From a bacterium (GTDB lineage: Bacteria > JACRDZ01 > JAJRWM01), in assembly GCA_024276815.1 (NCBI GenBank), contig JAJRWM010000093.1:1-47346 (forward strand): a stretch of 47,346 nt of DNA. The letters are read 5' to 3'. Under the pieces are notes generated by a model, which worked only from the letters and a program-made list of their open reading frames with translations, did no database searches and was not told the DNA's origin. Of this stretch, positions 29,641 to 39,593 are shown in pieces. Positions within the stretch are counted from its first letter, which is position 1; each line of letters starts with the position of its first letter. The position numbers were made by a program, and so were the translations under genes.

Positions 29641-30947
29641 GTTGTCAACGCACAATAGCACAACCAATTGAAATATCTGGTGTAGGTCTTCATACCGGTA
29701 ATCCGGTAACCATGAAATTTCTGCCGGCGCCTGAAAATAGCGGTATCAGGTTCATCTGTACCAACTATGAAAATCAGCCGGCCATTACCGCCGATATCGT
29801 TCATGTCAGCGGTGTGGAACGGGGCACCACCATCAAAGTCGCCGATAATGGGGTTCATGTTCATACCATCGAGCATGTCCTGGCGGCGGTTGCCGGGTTA
29901 AACATTGACAATCTGCTGATCGAGGTCAACGCCACCGAGCCTCCGCTTGGTGATGGCAGCGCTTTGTTGTTTGTGGAAAAAATCAGGGAAGCCGGTATTA
30001 CCGAACAGGCTGCCCCACGTAAATTTTTCAAGGTCAGGAAGCCGGTTTGGGCCAGGCTGAAACAGGCCGAGATTGTTGTTTTACCCGCGGACGATTTTAT
30101 CATATCCTACATGGTTGAGTACGATCACCCGGTTATCGGCCAGCAGTTTCTTTCGTTAAAGATCACGGAAGAAACTTTCGTTAAAGAGATCGCTCCCTGC
30201 CGCACTTTTTGCTTTGTCGAGGAAGTGGAGCAGCTAAAGGAGCAGGGACTGATCAAGGGCGGCAGTCTGGATAACGCCGTGGTCATAGGTTCGGAAGGCG
30301 TCATCAATTCGGAGCTTCGTTTTCCGGATGAATTTGTCAGGCACAAAATCCTGGATTTAATCGGCGACCTGGTGTTGCTGGGGATGCCGCTCAGGGGTCA
30401 TGTCGTCGCTTTTAAGGGTGGGCATCCCTCGCATATAAATCTGGTTCAGAGCCTGAGACAGGAAGTGAATCGTGAAAATGTCGGAGCCTTGAAACCCCCT
30501 CCGGAAACCGTTGATAAGGTCGTGACCATTACCGATATCAAAAAAATACTGCCGCACCGTTATCCTTTCCTGCTGGTGGACAAGGTGATTTATATTGACG
30601 GGTTGCGGAAAATTGTGGGCCTGAAAAATGTTACAATTAACGAAGATTTTTTTAACGGTCATTTCCCCGGTCATCCGGTTATGCCGGGTGTTTTAATCAT
30701 GGAAGCCATGGCCCAGACCGGCGGAGTTATGGTTTTGAGGAGTCCGGAAAATATCGGCAAGATGATATATTTTATGGGTATGGATCAGGTCAAGTTCCGC
30801 AAACCGGTGTTGCCGGGCGACCAGTTAAGACTCGAAGTTGAAACAATAAGACTCAGGAAACGTTTCGGTAAAATGAAGGGTATGGCTTATGTGGACGGCC
30901 AGTTGGTCGCGGAAGCGGAACTCTCATTTTCATTAGTTGATGGCTAA
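29637..30947 (+). CDS. Bifunctional LpxC deacetylase / FabZ 3-hydroxyacyl-ACP dehydratase fusion
   Basis: The N-terminal half is LpxC ([31 protein letters not shown]). The C-terminal half is FabZ ([35 protein letters not shown]). Confidence 0.9.
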   Translation: MSCQRTIAQPIEISGVGLHTGNPVTMKFLPAPENSGIRFICTNYENQPAITADIVHVSGVERGTTIKVADNGVHVHTIEHVLAAVAGLNIDNLLIEVNATEPPLGDGSALLFVEKIREAGITEQAAPRKFFKVRKPVWARLKQAEIVVLPADDFIISYMVEYDHPVIGQQFLSLKITEETFVKEIAPCRTFCFVEEVEQLKEQGLIKGGSLDNAVVIGSEGVINSELRFPDEFVRHKILDLIGDLVLLGMPLRGHVVAFKGGHPSHINLVQSLRQEVNRENVGALKPPPETVDKVVTITDIKKILPHRYPFLLVDKVIYIDGLRKIVGLKNVTINEDFFNGHFPGHPVMPGVLIMEAMAQTGGVMVLRSPENIGKMIYFMGMDQVKFRKPVLPGDQLRLEVETIRLRKRFGKMKGMAYVDGQLVAEAELSFSLVDG

Positions 30948-30980
30948 GAAATATAATTTGTAAATAACAAGAGGTAAAAA

Positions 30981-31751
30981 ATGTCTATACATCCTACAGC
31001 AATTGTTTCACCGGGCGCGCGATTTGGAACGGGAGTGGAGATCGGTCCTTATACAATTATTGGCGAGAATGTGGAGATTGGCGACAACGCCAAAATCTCG
31101 GCGCATGTTTTTATCGACGGCTGGACTACGATCGGCAAAAACTGCAACATTTATCCGGGCGCCGTAATTGGCACGACTTCACAGGACCTAAAATATGACG
31201 GCGCCAAAAATTATACTGTAATCGGCGATGATGTCTTAATCAGGGAATATGTTACGATCAATCATCCCACGGCCGCCGAGGCTTACACGAAAGTGGGCGA
31301 CCGGGTTGTTTTGCTGGCTTATGCTCATGTCGCCCATGAATGTGTTGTCGGCGATGAGGTGATAATGGCCAACGCCGCGGGCTTGTCCGGTCATGTTACC
31401 GTTGAGGAGGGCGCCATCATTGGCGGGTTGACCGGGATACACCAGTTCTGTCACATCGGCAAATATTCCATGGTCGGCGGCGCCTCCCGGATCAGCATGG
31501 ATGTCTTGCCTTTTACCCTGGTCGCCGGCAGTCCGGCCAGGAGCAACGGATTAAATCATGTTGGCTTAAAGCGGCGCGGTTTCAGCGCCGAGGAAATCGC
31601 CATTTTGAAAAAAGCCTATCGATTACTGTTTCGTTCCGGTCTGAAGCAGGCTGTCTCAGTTGAAAGGATCAAGTCAGAACTGGAACGGATCCCCGCCTTG
31701 GAGCATTTGCTCGATTTCATAAGTAAGAGTGAACGTGGCTTAACCAGATAG
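30981..31751 (+). CDS. lpxA: Acyl-ACP--UDP-GlcNAc O-acyltransferase LpxA
   Basis: It has IHPTAIV, hexapeptide repeats, and the typical LpxA C-terminal helical domain GLNHVGLKRRGFS. Confidence 0.92.
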   Translation: MSIHPTAIVSPGARFGTGVEIGPYTIIGENVEIGDNAKISAHVFIDGWTTIGKNCNIYPGAVIGTTSQDLKYDGAKNYTVIGDDVLIREYVTINHPTAAEAYTKVGDRVVLLAYAHVAHECVVGDEVIMANAAGLSGHVTVEEGAIIGGLTGIHQFCHIGKYSMVGGASRISMDVLPFTLVAGSPARSNGLNHVGLKRRGFSAEEIAILKKAYRLLFRSGLKQAVSVERIKSELERIPALEHLLDFISKSERGLTR

Positions 31752-31763
31752 TCTGGAGTAGTT

Positions 31764-32906
31764 ATGTCAAAGAAGATTGTTTTTATAGCCGGGGAAGTTT
31801 CCGGCGATAAGCACGCGGCTGAACTTTCCCGGTCCATCAAGCTGCTGGAGTCTGACATCTCCCTGATGGGCTTGGGCGGAGAGATGATGCGGGGAGCCGG
31901 AGTGCGTCTTTGGGATGATGTAACCAGCCGCAGCTCTATTGGTTTGCTGGAATCATTAAAACACGTTTTACCGTTGCGCAGGGTCTTCAACCGGGTAGTT
32001 CAGCATATTAGGGATGAAAAACCGGACCTGGTTGTCCTGGTGGATTACCAGGGTTTTAATGTTCAAATGGCCAAGGTCCTGAAAAAGCTGAACATTCCCA
32101 CCGTCTATTATTTCGCCCCCCAGTACTGGATCTGGGCGACCTGGCGGGCCAAGTATTTGTGCCGGCAGGTTTCCCGGATTATCGCTACCTTTACGATTGA
32201 GGCCTCGATCTATGAAAGGGAGGGGGGAACTGTATCCTATGTCGGGCATCCTTTGCTGGACTTTACCAAGGGGCGTTTCAGCGGTAAGGAGGAGGCGCGC
32301 AATTATTTTAATTTTAAACAGCGTTATGTCATTGGCTTGTTTCCCGGCAGCCGCGAGCAGGAGATTAACAATCACCTGGACCTGTTATTCGGCACGGCCC
32401 GCCGTTTGAACATGCTTTTGGGTCATGAGATTGATTTCTTCCTGCCCCTGGCTTTGGAGAAATTCCGCGGCCGGGTTGAGGCGGCGATCGCGCGTTATGA
32501 TATTAAGCCCCGGATTATTGCCGAGTGTGATTACCTGGAAGCGATGCAGGCCGCTGATTTAATCTACTGCGCGTCGGGGACGTCCACCCTGGAAGTCAGC
32601 ATCATGGGCGTACCGGTTGTTGTTTTCTATAAACTCACCAGTCTCTCTTACTGGCTGGGCCGGTTATTGGTCCGTTTCCCTTACGCTTCTCTGCCTAACA
32701 TCGTCATGGAACGACGAGCCGTGCCTGAGCTTCTGCAGCTTCAGGCCAATCCGGAAGCAATGGCCAGATCAGGCTGGGAACTGCTGGTTGATCCGGATAA
32801 AAGGAAAAAGCATATCGAGGTCCTGGCTGAAATTAAAAGGCGTTTAGGCGAGCCGGGCGCTGTTCGTCGGGCCGCTGAAGTAGTCTTAAAAGAAGCGGAA
32901 AAATGA
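31764..32906 (+). CDS. lpxB: Lipid-A-disaccharide synthase LpxB
   Basis: Family signatures are IAGEVSGD, the G.GG..M context, VLVDYQGFN, YYFAPQ.W.W, GHPL, LFPGSR..EI and SGT.TLE. Confidence 0.9.
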   Translation: MSKKIVFIAGEVSGDKHAAELSRSIKLLESDISLMGLGGEMMRGAGVRLWDDVTSRSSIGLLESLKHVLPLRRVFNRVVQHIRDEKPDLVVLVDYQGFNVQMAKVLKKLNIPTVYYFAPQYWIWATWRAKYLCRQVSRIIATFTIEASIYEREGGTVSYVGHPLLDFTKGRFSGKEEARNYFNFKQRYVIGLFPGSREQEINNHLDLLFGTARRLNMLLGHEIDFFLPLALEKFRGRVEAAIARYDIKPRIIAECDYLEAMQAADLIYCASGTSTLEVSIMGVPVVVFYKLTSLSYWLGRLLVRFPYASLPNIVMERRAVPELLQLQANPEAMARSGWELLVDPDKRKKHIEVLAEIKRRLGEPGAVRRAAEVVLKEAEK

Positions 32907-34069
32907 CCAGCGCCGTTGTGATCACGCGTTGCGCCGATTATCAGGACGACCGGGTTTACCAGGCGGTGAAGCGCAGCCTGGATTCGCTTGGCGGTCTGGC
33001 AAAGATCATCAGGCCGGGCGACCGGGTTCTCCTCAAAGTAAACATGCTCATGGCGTCGGAACCTGAGGACGCCGTCACAACCCACCCGGCCATCATAAAA
33101 GCCGTTGGCGGACTGGTTCGGGAAGCGGGCGGGAAACCGGTTGTCGGCGACAGCCCGGGAAACGCCTACGCCAACATCGACAAGGCGCTGGAGCGTACCG
33201 GAATAAGGGCCGCCGCGGAAAGCTGCGGGGCGGAGATTGTCAATTTCGAGAAGAGCGGACTGGTTGAGATTGATTATCCGCAAGGGGAAAATTTCAGGAA
33301 ACTGTATCTAGCCCAAGCCGTCCTCGATTGCGACGTCATAATCACCATGCCCAAACTGAAAACCCATAATTACGTGCTCTATACCGGGGCGATCAAGAAC
33401 ATGTTTGGCGCTGTTACCGGTTTTAACAAGGCTAATTATCATCTGGACGCTCCGCATCCCGGGGATTTTTGCCGGGTACTGGTTGATATTTATGAACAGG
33501 CAAGACCGTCATTAGCCATTATGGACGCGGTCTGGGCCATGGAGGGAGCGGGGCCGGCCAGTGGTAGAAGACGTGATGTGGGTTTAATCCTGAGTAGTTA
33601 CGACCCGGTGGCCTTGGACGCTGTCGCCGGTAAAATTATCGGCTATGAGCCTGATGAGATTATGACGACCAGCATCGCCGCCGCCCGTGGTTTAGGAGAG
33701 AAAGACCTTGAAAATATCGAGATTCTGGACACGCCCCTGGCGGAAGCGCTTATCCCTGATTACTGGAAAGTCCGGCGAGGTTTTAATATCCTTAGCGGCT
33801 TGCCTCGTTTTATGCGGCCTTCAATCAGATATTTAATCGAAAAAACGATAAAGATCTACCCCGAAGTGGTCAGGGAGGAATGTGTAAAGTGCGGGGTCTG
33901 TAAAAACAACTGCCCGTCAGACGCGCTTGGCTTTGTTGATGGTTATCCGAAAATTGATTTTAACCGTTGCCTTAAGTGCTATTGCTGTCATGAGTTGTGT
34001 CCCGAACACGCCTTTACTATCAAGCGCAGTTTGCTGGCCCGTCTCCTGGGCATTGGAACCCAGTCGTAA
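32903..34069 (+). CDS. DUF362-domain protein with a C-terminal 2x[4Fe-4S] ferredoxin domain
   Basis: DUF362-like signatures are VLLKVN, THPA, LKTH and MDAVWAMEG.GP. The C-terminus has CVKCGVCKNNCP and CLKCYCCHELCP. Its start overlaps the lpxB stop (ATGA). Confidence 0.7.
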   Translation: MTSAVVITRCADYQDDRVYQAVKRSLDSLGGLAKIIRPGDRVLLKVNMLMASEPEDAVTTHPAIIKAVGGLVREAGGKPVVGDSPGNAYANIDKALERTGIRAAAESCGAEIVNFEKSGLVEIDYPQGENFRKLYLAQAVLDCDVIITMPKLKTHNYVLYTGAIKNMFGAVTGFNKANYHLDAPHPGDFCRVLVDIYEQARPSLAIMDAVWAMEGAGPASGRRRDVGLILSSYDPVALDAVAGKIIGYEPDEIMTTSIAAARGLGEKDLENIEILDTPLAEALIPDYWKVRRGFNILSGLPRFMRPSIRYLIEKTIKIYPEVVREECVKCGVCKNNCPSDALGFVDGYPKIDFNRCLKCYCCHELCPEHAFTIKRSLLARLLGIGTQS

Positions 34070-34175
34070 AGCAAAGCGCAATTCAAGTCAGATTTAAGGG
34101 GGGAACTCTTTTAAATTACAAAAACCGCTCCCCACAAGCCGCAATAGCGAGCGGAAACAGGCCCACCGGCCTCGC

Positions 34176-36641
34176 TCAGGCGAATTCGGTTTTGGGTTTT
34201 TCGCGGCTGACCGGAAGTTTAATGATAAATTCGGTGCCTTCGTTGACTTTGCTTACGACTTCAATCTCACCCATATGATTCTTGACGATCTGCTGAACCA
34301 GAGGCAAACCTAAACCAGTGCCATTTTCCTTGGTGGTGAAAAATCTTTCGAAAATCTTTTCCTGATGTTTTTTGGATATTCCCGGCCCGTTGTCCTTAAT
34401 CCTTATCTCGATTAATTCCTTGTCGTAATCAACCTCCAGCAACCGGGTGGAAATACAAACCGCGCCGCCGCCCTTTCCTTCCATCGCCTGAAGAGCGTTG
34501 ATCAGGATATTCAGCAATGCCTCGTAAATCTGACGATAATCAACAATACTGGTGGGAATGTTATCCGCCAGGTCCATGGTGATGTTGATATGACAACGGG
34601 CAAAACGGGTCTTAACCGTTGATTGCAGTTTACGTAAGATGGTATTGATGTTCTGAGCCTGGAAATGAGTCATGTGGGAGCCGGTGATACTGAAATAACC
34701 ATCAATCAACTCTTCTAAATGCTGAACGCTGTTATTCATGACTTCCAGCCCCTTGCGGGTCAAGGCGACATCATCGCCTTTGGCAACCAGCAACTGGATG
34801 GTGCCCTTGATCGCCGTCAGAGGATTCTTCAGATCATGCATGGCGCTACCCATGATCTCACCCAGGGTTATCAACTGGGAAGCGCTGATCAAGGTCAGTG
34901 ACCGCTCATACAACGCGGCCGCCTGCGAAGCGATGATCTGCAGGAAATTAAGATCGCGTTTGGTAAAATCACGTCCCTCGTTCTTGCAGATGACTAAAAG
35001 CCCAAAGAACTTTTCCTCCACCACAAAAGGTATCAGCCGCTTATGCGAAGCGTTCCTGACTTTAGGCAATTTGGTTATGTTGCCGAAATATTTTTCCGGC
35101 GACCTGGTCAGCTCCGACGGATCATCCTTGATTAAAGAAGTGACCTTTTCGCTGAAAATCAATTTATAATCCCAGGCTTCAGCGCTCGAAATACCGCGGT
35201 AGTGCTTGAGCGAAAGCTTGTGTTTCTTGGGATTCCAGTAATAGAACAGGCTGAAACTGAAATTCGTGATGCGAGCAACGCTCTCCATAATCATTTCCAT
35301 GGCGTTGGATATGTTACGGGCACGCTGGATCTTTTCGTTGATATCGCTGAGGATTTCCAGTTCCAGCACGGTTTGCTTCTTCCTCTCGAACATGGAAGCG
35401 TTCTGAATCGCAATACTTATCTGGGAAGCCAGGGCAGTCACCAATTCCAGGTCGTTTTCCATAAACGAGCTTTTATCTGTCTTGTCGCTGATATTTAATA
35501 CGCCAATGGTGCGGCCCTTGCTTAACAACGGCACCGAAATTAATGATTTGGTCGAGTAACAGGGACGATTGGAGCGCATCACACGAGGATCTTTTTCAAT
35601 ATCAGTCACTAAAATCGGTTTGCCGGTTTCAGCGACGTGCCCGGAAATACTTTCGCCTGATTTCAGATTGGTGTCCGGCAGGTTTTCGGTCCCCTGGCCA
35701 ATAGCGGTCTCAATCACCAGATCGCCAGTTTCATCATTTATTAACAGTATCGAGGATCTTTCGGCCTGCAACACCTCGTTTACCTTGATCAGGATCACAT
35801 TCAGGGTCTTGTCCAGATCCAGAGAAGACGAGATCAGGCGGCTAACATCAGAAACCATTTTCAATCTGCGGTTGGTCTCAACCAGCGAACTGATCGCCCA
35901 GGAGATATTGTTCCTGGAAACTTCCTGCTCAGCCCGCAGGATGCTGTTATTGGTAATCGCCATAGCTATCTGATTGGCGAGCATGTTGAGAATGCGCTTA
36001 TTGTTGTCAGAAAAGATTCCCGGATCGGGATGGCTCAGGTTGATAACTCCCAGCACTTCGCCGGAAGAGGGAAAAGGTATGCAGAGAAGCGAGCAAATAT
36101 CAGTCGGCGCGTCCGCCAGCGGAATAAAACGCGGTTACTCGGCAACGTTGGCAAGTAGCATGGCCCGCCCTTCCCTGGCGACCAGCCCGGCGATGCCTTC
36201 CCCAATTCTGACCCGCCGTTCTTTGGTGGGTGTTTTAAAATCCTCTTTCCCCCGGTTGCGGCCGGCTTGCAAGACCAGTTCATCGGTAGCCTTGTCCACA
36301 ATCATAATGGAACAGTTCTCAGCCCCCAACTCCTCAATCAGAATATCCAGAAGTTTATTGTTAAACTCCTCCATACTGACAAAAATATCCAGATCCTCAC
36401 CAAAACGTCTCACTAAAGACAGGTCCAGTATCCTTTCCTGGAACTGGTTGGTGGTCTCCGAGATAACCTTCTTCAGGGCTTTCTTTTCCTGGCTCAGAGC
36501 TTGGACCCGGCCAGCCATTTGCTCAAACAGGCTGATCAGCTTTTTTTCCGGAGCGGCATCCTGATTGACAGATAAATCCAGCGATTTTTCTTTAATTATC
36601 GCTTTAAACTGATTAACAATCTTTTCAGTACCGCTACTCAC
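34176..36641 (-). pseudogene. Cytoplasmic multi-GAF sensor histidine kinase interrupted by one in-frame TAA (36137..36135) inside the first GAF domain
   Basis: The start is GTG 36641. It reads ..GIAGLVAREGRAMLLANVAE*PRFIPLADAPTDICSLLCIPFPSSGEVLGVINLS in one frame (track ORFs 36135..36641 and 34176..36056). Downstream are the H-box MHDLKNPL and the N and G boxes NALQAM, DNGPGI and GTGLGL. Confidence 0.85.
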
Positions 36642-36650
36642 CTTACAACC

Positions 36651-37514
36651 TCACCTGGTAAAGGACAGAAATATGTCGGCCTTTTCCAGTTCTTCCCTGA
36701 TTTGCGATTCAATCTCCGCTAAAAAACTGATTGGTAAATTAAGAAATGATAATACTTCAGGATCAACATCCAGAAACAACTCGTCGCCGCTGTTGCCCAA
36801 TTGCAGTTGACGGCAAAGAGCGTTGGCCACGTGAACAATGGCGACTCCCGTGTTCACCCGGTATACCGCCGGGTTGTGATGATAATAGATGGGATCACTG
36901 ATAACTTCAGGAAGCTTCCACCACTCAGCTAACCAATAACCAACCTTGGCATGATTAACACCGAGCACATGCTCCTCGGCGTCTTTAATAAAAACCTGTT
37001 CCGCCTCAGCGTAGGCCAGAATCTCCCTGAATTCCTGATGGCTGTAATGGTCGACAATAACCTTGCCGATATCGTGCAAAATACCTGACATAAAGATCGT
37101 TTCAGGATTCCCGTGTTTGATTTTTCGGCTGATAATCCGGCTGGTGACGCCGCAGGCGATAGCGTGACGCCACAACGCCTCCCGGCTGAAATATTTATAG
37201 CTCGTTCCACTTCCCCTGAACAAGTCAAACACCGAGACGCTGAGCGCCATTGCCTTTACCATGTTGAAACCCAGGTAGACGACCGCTTCCGTTATCGTGT
37301 CCACTTTTCTTGACAGACCGTAAAAGGCCGAGTTGGCCAGTCGCAATATTTTTGAGGACAAAGACATATCGTTGGCAATGATCTTGTTCAGGTCCTGGGC
37401 GGTGGTATCAGGCGAACTGACTAATCTCAAAATTCTATCGACAACACTTGGTAAAGTTGGTAATTCCCTTATGTGCAGGATCTGATTTCTTATCTTGTCA
37501 CCGTTCTCTGACAC
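36651..37514 (-). CDS. HDOD-domain signalling protein
   Basis: The HDOD signature is ELPTLPSVVDRILRLV..LSSKILRLANSAFYG..HDIGK. The track start ATG 37535 lies only 4 nt after the -12 element of the sigma-54 promoter. GTG 37514 follows GGAGGA by 4 nt and is the better start; ATG 37526 is also possible. Confidence 0.8.
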   Translation of the reverse strand: MSENGDKIRNQILHIRELPTLPSVVDRILRLVSSPDTTAQDLNKIIANDMSLSSKILRLANSAFYGLSRKVDTITEAVVYLGFNMVKAMALSVSVFDLFRGSGTSYKYFSREALWRHAIACGVTSRIISRKIKHGNPETIFMSGILHDIGKVIVDHYSHQEFREILAYAEAEQVFIKDAEEHVLGVNHAKVGYWLAEWWKLPEVISDPIYYHHNPAVYRVNTGVAIVHVANALCRQLQLGNSGDELFLDVDPEVLSFLNLPISFLAEIESQIREELEKADIFLSFTR

Positions 37515-37539
37515 GGGTTCCTCCATTTTCAACATTCAA

Positions 37540-37556
37540 TGCAAGTAATATGCCAT
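37540..37556 (-). promoter_or_regulatory. Sigma-54 (-24/-12) promoter of the HDOD / histidine-kinase operon
   Basis: The minus strand reads A-TGGCAT-ATTAC-TTGCA, with GG and GC 12 nt apart as in TGGCAC-N5-TTGCW. It lies ~200 nt downstream of the sigma-54 activator gene. Confidence 0.65.
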
Positions 37557-37758
37557 AATCAGCGTTCGTTCGTTAAATGTGAATTGACATTATATGACAA
37601 CAAGATACAGACGAAAACAGTAATATCGTTGTGGTCGCGGTTGGCGCTATATTGGAAAACTTTTTCCTAAAAAGAGTAAAAATAAACCAATCAACGCCAA
37701 ACCCGGCAATAAGATCACGATTAATCAAAACGTTATATATCTATAAAGAGATTTACAG

Positions 37759-39156
37759 TTATGCCTGTTTATCTAAATCAGATTCTTTTATTTTATTCAA
37801 CAATGATTTATAACTAATCTGTAAAATCTTGGCGGTTTCGGTCCGGTTCCAGTCTGTTTGCCGCAACACTTGGGCAATCAGTTCCCTTTCGGCTTTCAGG
37901 GTCGCCTGCTTGCTTACTTCCTTTAGCGATAAAGCGCCTTTTTTAACATCCTCAAACATCTTGGGCGCGGTGGGCACCGCTTTTCGCGGGTTATCGCCGA
38001 TAGACAGCAGGCTCTTTTCCAGAATTGACTCACTCTGGAAAATGACAAATTGTTTGATAATATTCTCCAGTTGACGAACGTTGCCCGGCCAGTCATAGGC
38101 CATTAACCGCTCCAGAAACTCAGGCGTTATTTGCAGGTGAGGTTTTTGGTATTACCGGCAGTATTTTACGATTAAATTTTCAACCAGCAGGGGAATATCA
38201 GAAGGGTGCTGCCTTAAAGGCGGTATTCTAATGTAAATTACATTTAAACGATAATAAAGATCGGCCCGGAAGGTTCCGTCGCTGACGGCCTGCTCAATGT
38301 CGATATTGGTTGCCGCGATGACCCTGGTATCGATGGTGATATCTTTCTCGCTGCCCAGAGGAGAAAAAGAACTGTCCTGCAACACCTGAAGAAGTTTGGC
38401 TTGCAGATGCGACGACATTTCCCCAATCTCGTCCAGGTAAATGGTTCCCTCGTGAGCTATTTCAAATTTACCTTTTTTCCTCTTTAAAGCTCCGGTAAAG
38501 GCGCCTTTCTCGTAGCCGAACAATTCCGATTCCAGCAGGTTTTCCGGTAAAGCCGCGCAATTGATTTTGACAAAATTTTTATGAGAACGGTCGGAATGAT
38601 TATGAATTAAGCGGGCGATCATATCCTTACCGGTGCCGCTCTCGCCGACCAGGAGGACCGTGGCGTTGACATCGGCAATCTGCCTGATCAGGTTTTTTAT
38701 GTTGGCGAGCGACGCGCTGTCGCCGATAAAATCCTTAAAAGCCGCTTCCTGGTGCAACTCTTTTCTGAGAGTTTTCACTTCGTCCTTTAACTCTTTTTTC
38801 TCCAGGACGTTTTTGACGACAAAACCAATTTCCTCGATATCAAAAGGCTTATCGATAAAATCAGCCGCGCCCAGCTTCATCGCTTCAACTACCGCGCGGG
38901 TTTCACCGTGAGAGGTGACGATAATAACTTCGGAACCATTCGGCTCAACTGCCTGACGAATGGTTCTTAAAACCTCGATGCCGTTCATCTTGGGCATTTT
39001 GTAATCAAGGAGAATGACCTGCGGTGAATGCTCGCGCCATTTCAAAAGCCCTTGCTCGCCATCCTCAGCCTGATAAACCTGATATCCGTTACTTTCCAGG
39101 TATTGAGCCAAAACCCAGCGAATATTTGGATCGTCATCAACTATCAGTATGGACAT
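37759..39156 (-). pseudogene. NtrC-family sigma-54-dependent response regulator interrupted by one in-frame TAA (38154..38152) between the AAA+ domain and the HTH domain
   Basis: The REC domain is MSILIVDDDP..LLDYKMP. The AAA+ domain has GESGTGKD and ESELFGYEKGAFTGA. It reads ..VENLIVKYCR*YQKPHLQITPEFLERLMAYDWPGNVRQLEN in one frame. The C-terminus is a Fis-type HTH. Confidence 0.9.
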
Positions 39157-39182
39157 ACACACACTCCAAAAATTAAGGGATA

Positions 39183-39212
39183 TATAATAGCTTATACCCA
39201 AAGGGAATAGCA
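39183..39212 (-). promoter_or_regulatory. Candidate sigma-70 promoter of the response-regulator gene
   Basis: The minus strand reads TTGCTA-N18-TATTAT, ~25 nt upstream of ATG 39156, in an AT-rich spacer. Confidence 0.35.
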
Positions 39213-39593
39213 AGAAATCTCTTGTCTTTCACGCATTAAACACTTATATTATTATATAAATAACCGGGCTGACTGCCATAGCTATAAATATATACTCTTA
39301 TACGGATAAAAGCAGTTCTGTCATATGATTGTTTTCGTAACCGCCGTGATTAAAACAAGATTAATCGTGTTCGTGTAAACATCTGGTATATTTAATATAT
39401 TTGAAGCAGTGGCTTGCGTTATTCCAACCAATTTACTCAACATAATATTTGTTACGACACATCGTTTTACTATAAAAATTTAAGGTGAACAACAAGCTGA
39501 ACAATTAGCTGAAAGCAATGGGTCGGCAAAAGACTTAGCTTGCCAGAGATCAAGTTTTCTTGCTAAAATGCCGAAGCTGTTTTCTAACTTATT

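Noticed and set aside
39525-39545. A sigma-54-like site, TCGGCAAAAGACTTAGCT, upstream of the cytochrome gene.
   Set aside because: The GG-to-GC spacing is one nucleotide too long, and the -12 element is TTAGC rather than TTGC.
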